From: the human T2T-CHM13v2.0 reference genome, Homo sapiens
Assembly (NCBI RefSeq): GCF_009914755.1
Contig: NC_060927.1
Reading direction: 5' to 3' (one strand)
Length of the DNA: 64,000 bases
Shown: one piece after another, positions 63,403 to 64,000 of the stretch
Numbering within the stretch: position 1 is the first letter of the stretch
Layout: each line of letters opens with the position of its first letter
Position numbers and translations under genes: made by a program
Notes under the pieces: model-generated
Seen by the model: the letters and a program-made list of their open reading frames with translations, nothing else
Database searches by the model: none
Told to the model about the DNA's origin: nothing

Positions 63403-64000
63403 CGGAGAAGAATACTGAGATAAAGATAGAATATTTGTATATTTCTAGATGAGAAAGGCCTTTCTTAACATGACACCAATGCCAAAAATCATACGGAGTT
63501 GGCAATGTACTGGCAGTTCTACATCCATCAAATAAAACCACCGAAATAAACAAAGGTTCTGGAAAAATATTAATAAAAATGTGTAAACGTTACAGATAAT
63601 AGAACAATGACCTTAAAACCCAATAAAAAATCAAATATCTTATTTTTTAAAGGCAAAGAACATGAACAAAAAAACTACAGAATACAAAGGACCAAGAAAG
63701 CTATGAAAATTTGTTTCAATATCATTAATAGTTTTAAAAAATTGAAAACAAAAATGTGTTATTTTTCACATCTTATGTTGGCAAAGATTAAAACCCTTCA
63801 TTTTCCCCACTCTACTAACCACTCCCACCAAAGCGCCCATGGAAGTGCTGACTCTGCTACTCCTGCATTTGTGAAAGTATGGGAACCACTACCCGTAGCC
63901 ATAGTGCTGGCTGGGCATGCAGTTGTCCCCTAATTTTTATGGCAAAGGTGAGGAGATGGTACCCTTAGTGAGTGGTTTAATAAAGCAGCATCCTGCAGAA

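Noticed and set aside
63607-63933. 108-aa ORF at the window end
   Set aside because: First half is an old L1 remnant; no recognisable domain or splice structure.

Overview
Human genomic DNA. The window holds the 3' end of TSC22D2 on the + strand: the last two coding exons at 6349-6400 and 7649-7909 (TSC-box/leucine zipper) and its 3' UTR. About 48 kb of transposon-rich intergenic sequence follows. It contains ~30 Alu copies or fragments, two near-full-length old L1MA elements with nested insertions, a THE1 provirus, solo LTRs, and Tigger/MER DNA transposons. All other ORF-track entries I checked are repeat-derived or unsupported. I found no new gene system. The most notable structures read directly from the sequence are: (1) a human-specific pre-Ta-type L1HS insertion (42172-42952) with an exact 14-bp TSD that carries a ~250-bp, multiply polyadenylated 3' transduction; (2) an ancient L1 inserted into a MER5A, apparently with its own 3' transduction; (3) a ~175-bp locally templated insertion that interrupts an old L1 and is copied from 2.4 kb downstream. 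Repeat subfamily names come from recall of consensus sequences, and boundaries are approximate unless a TSD or splice site is cited.
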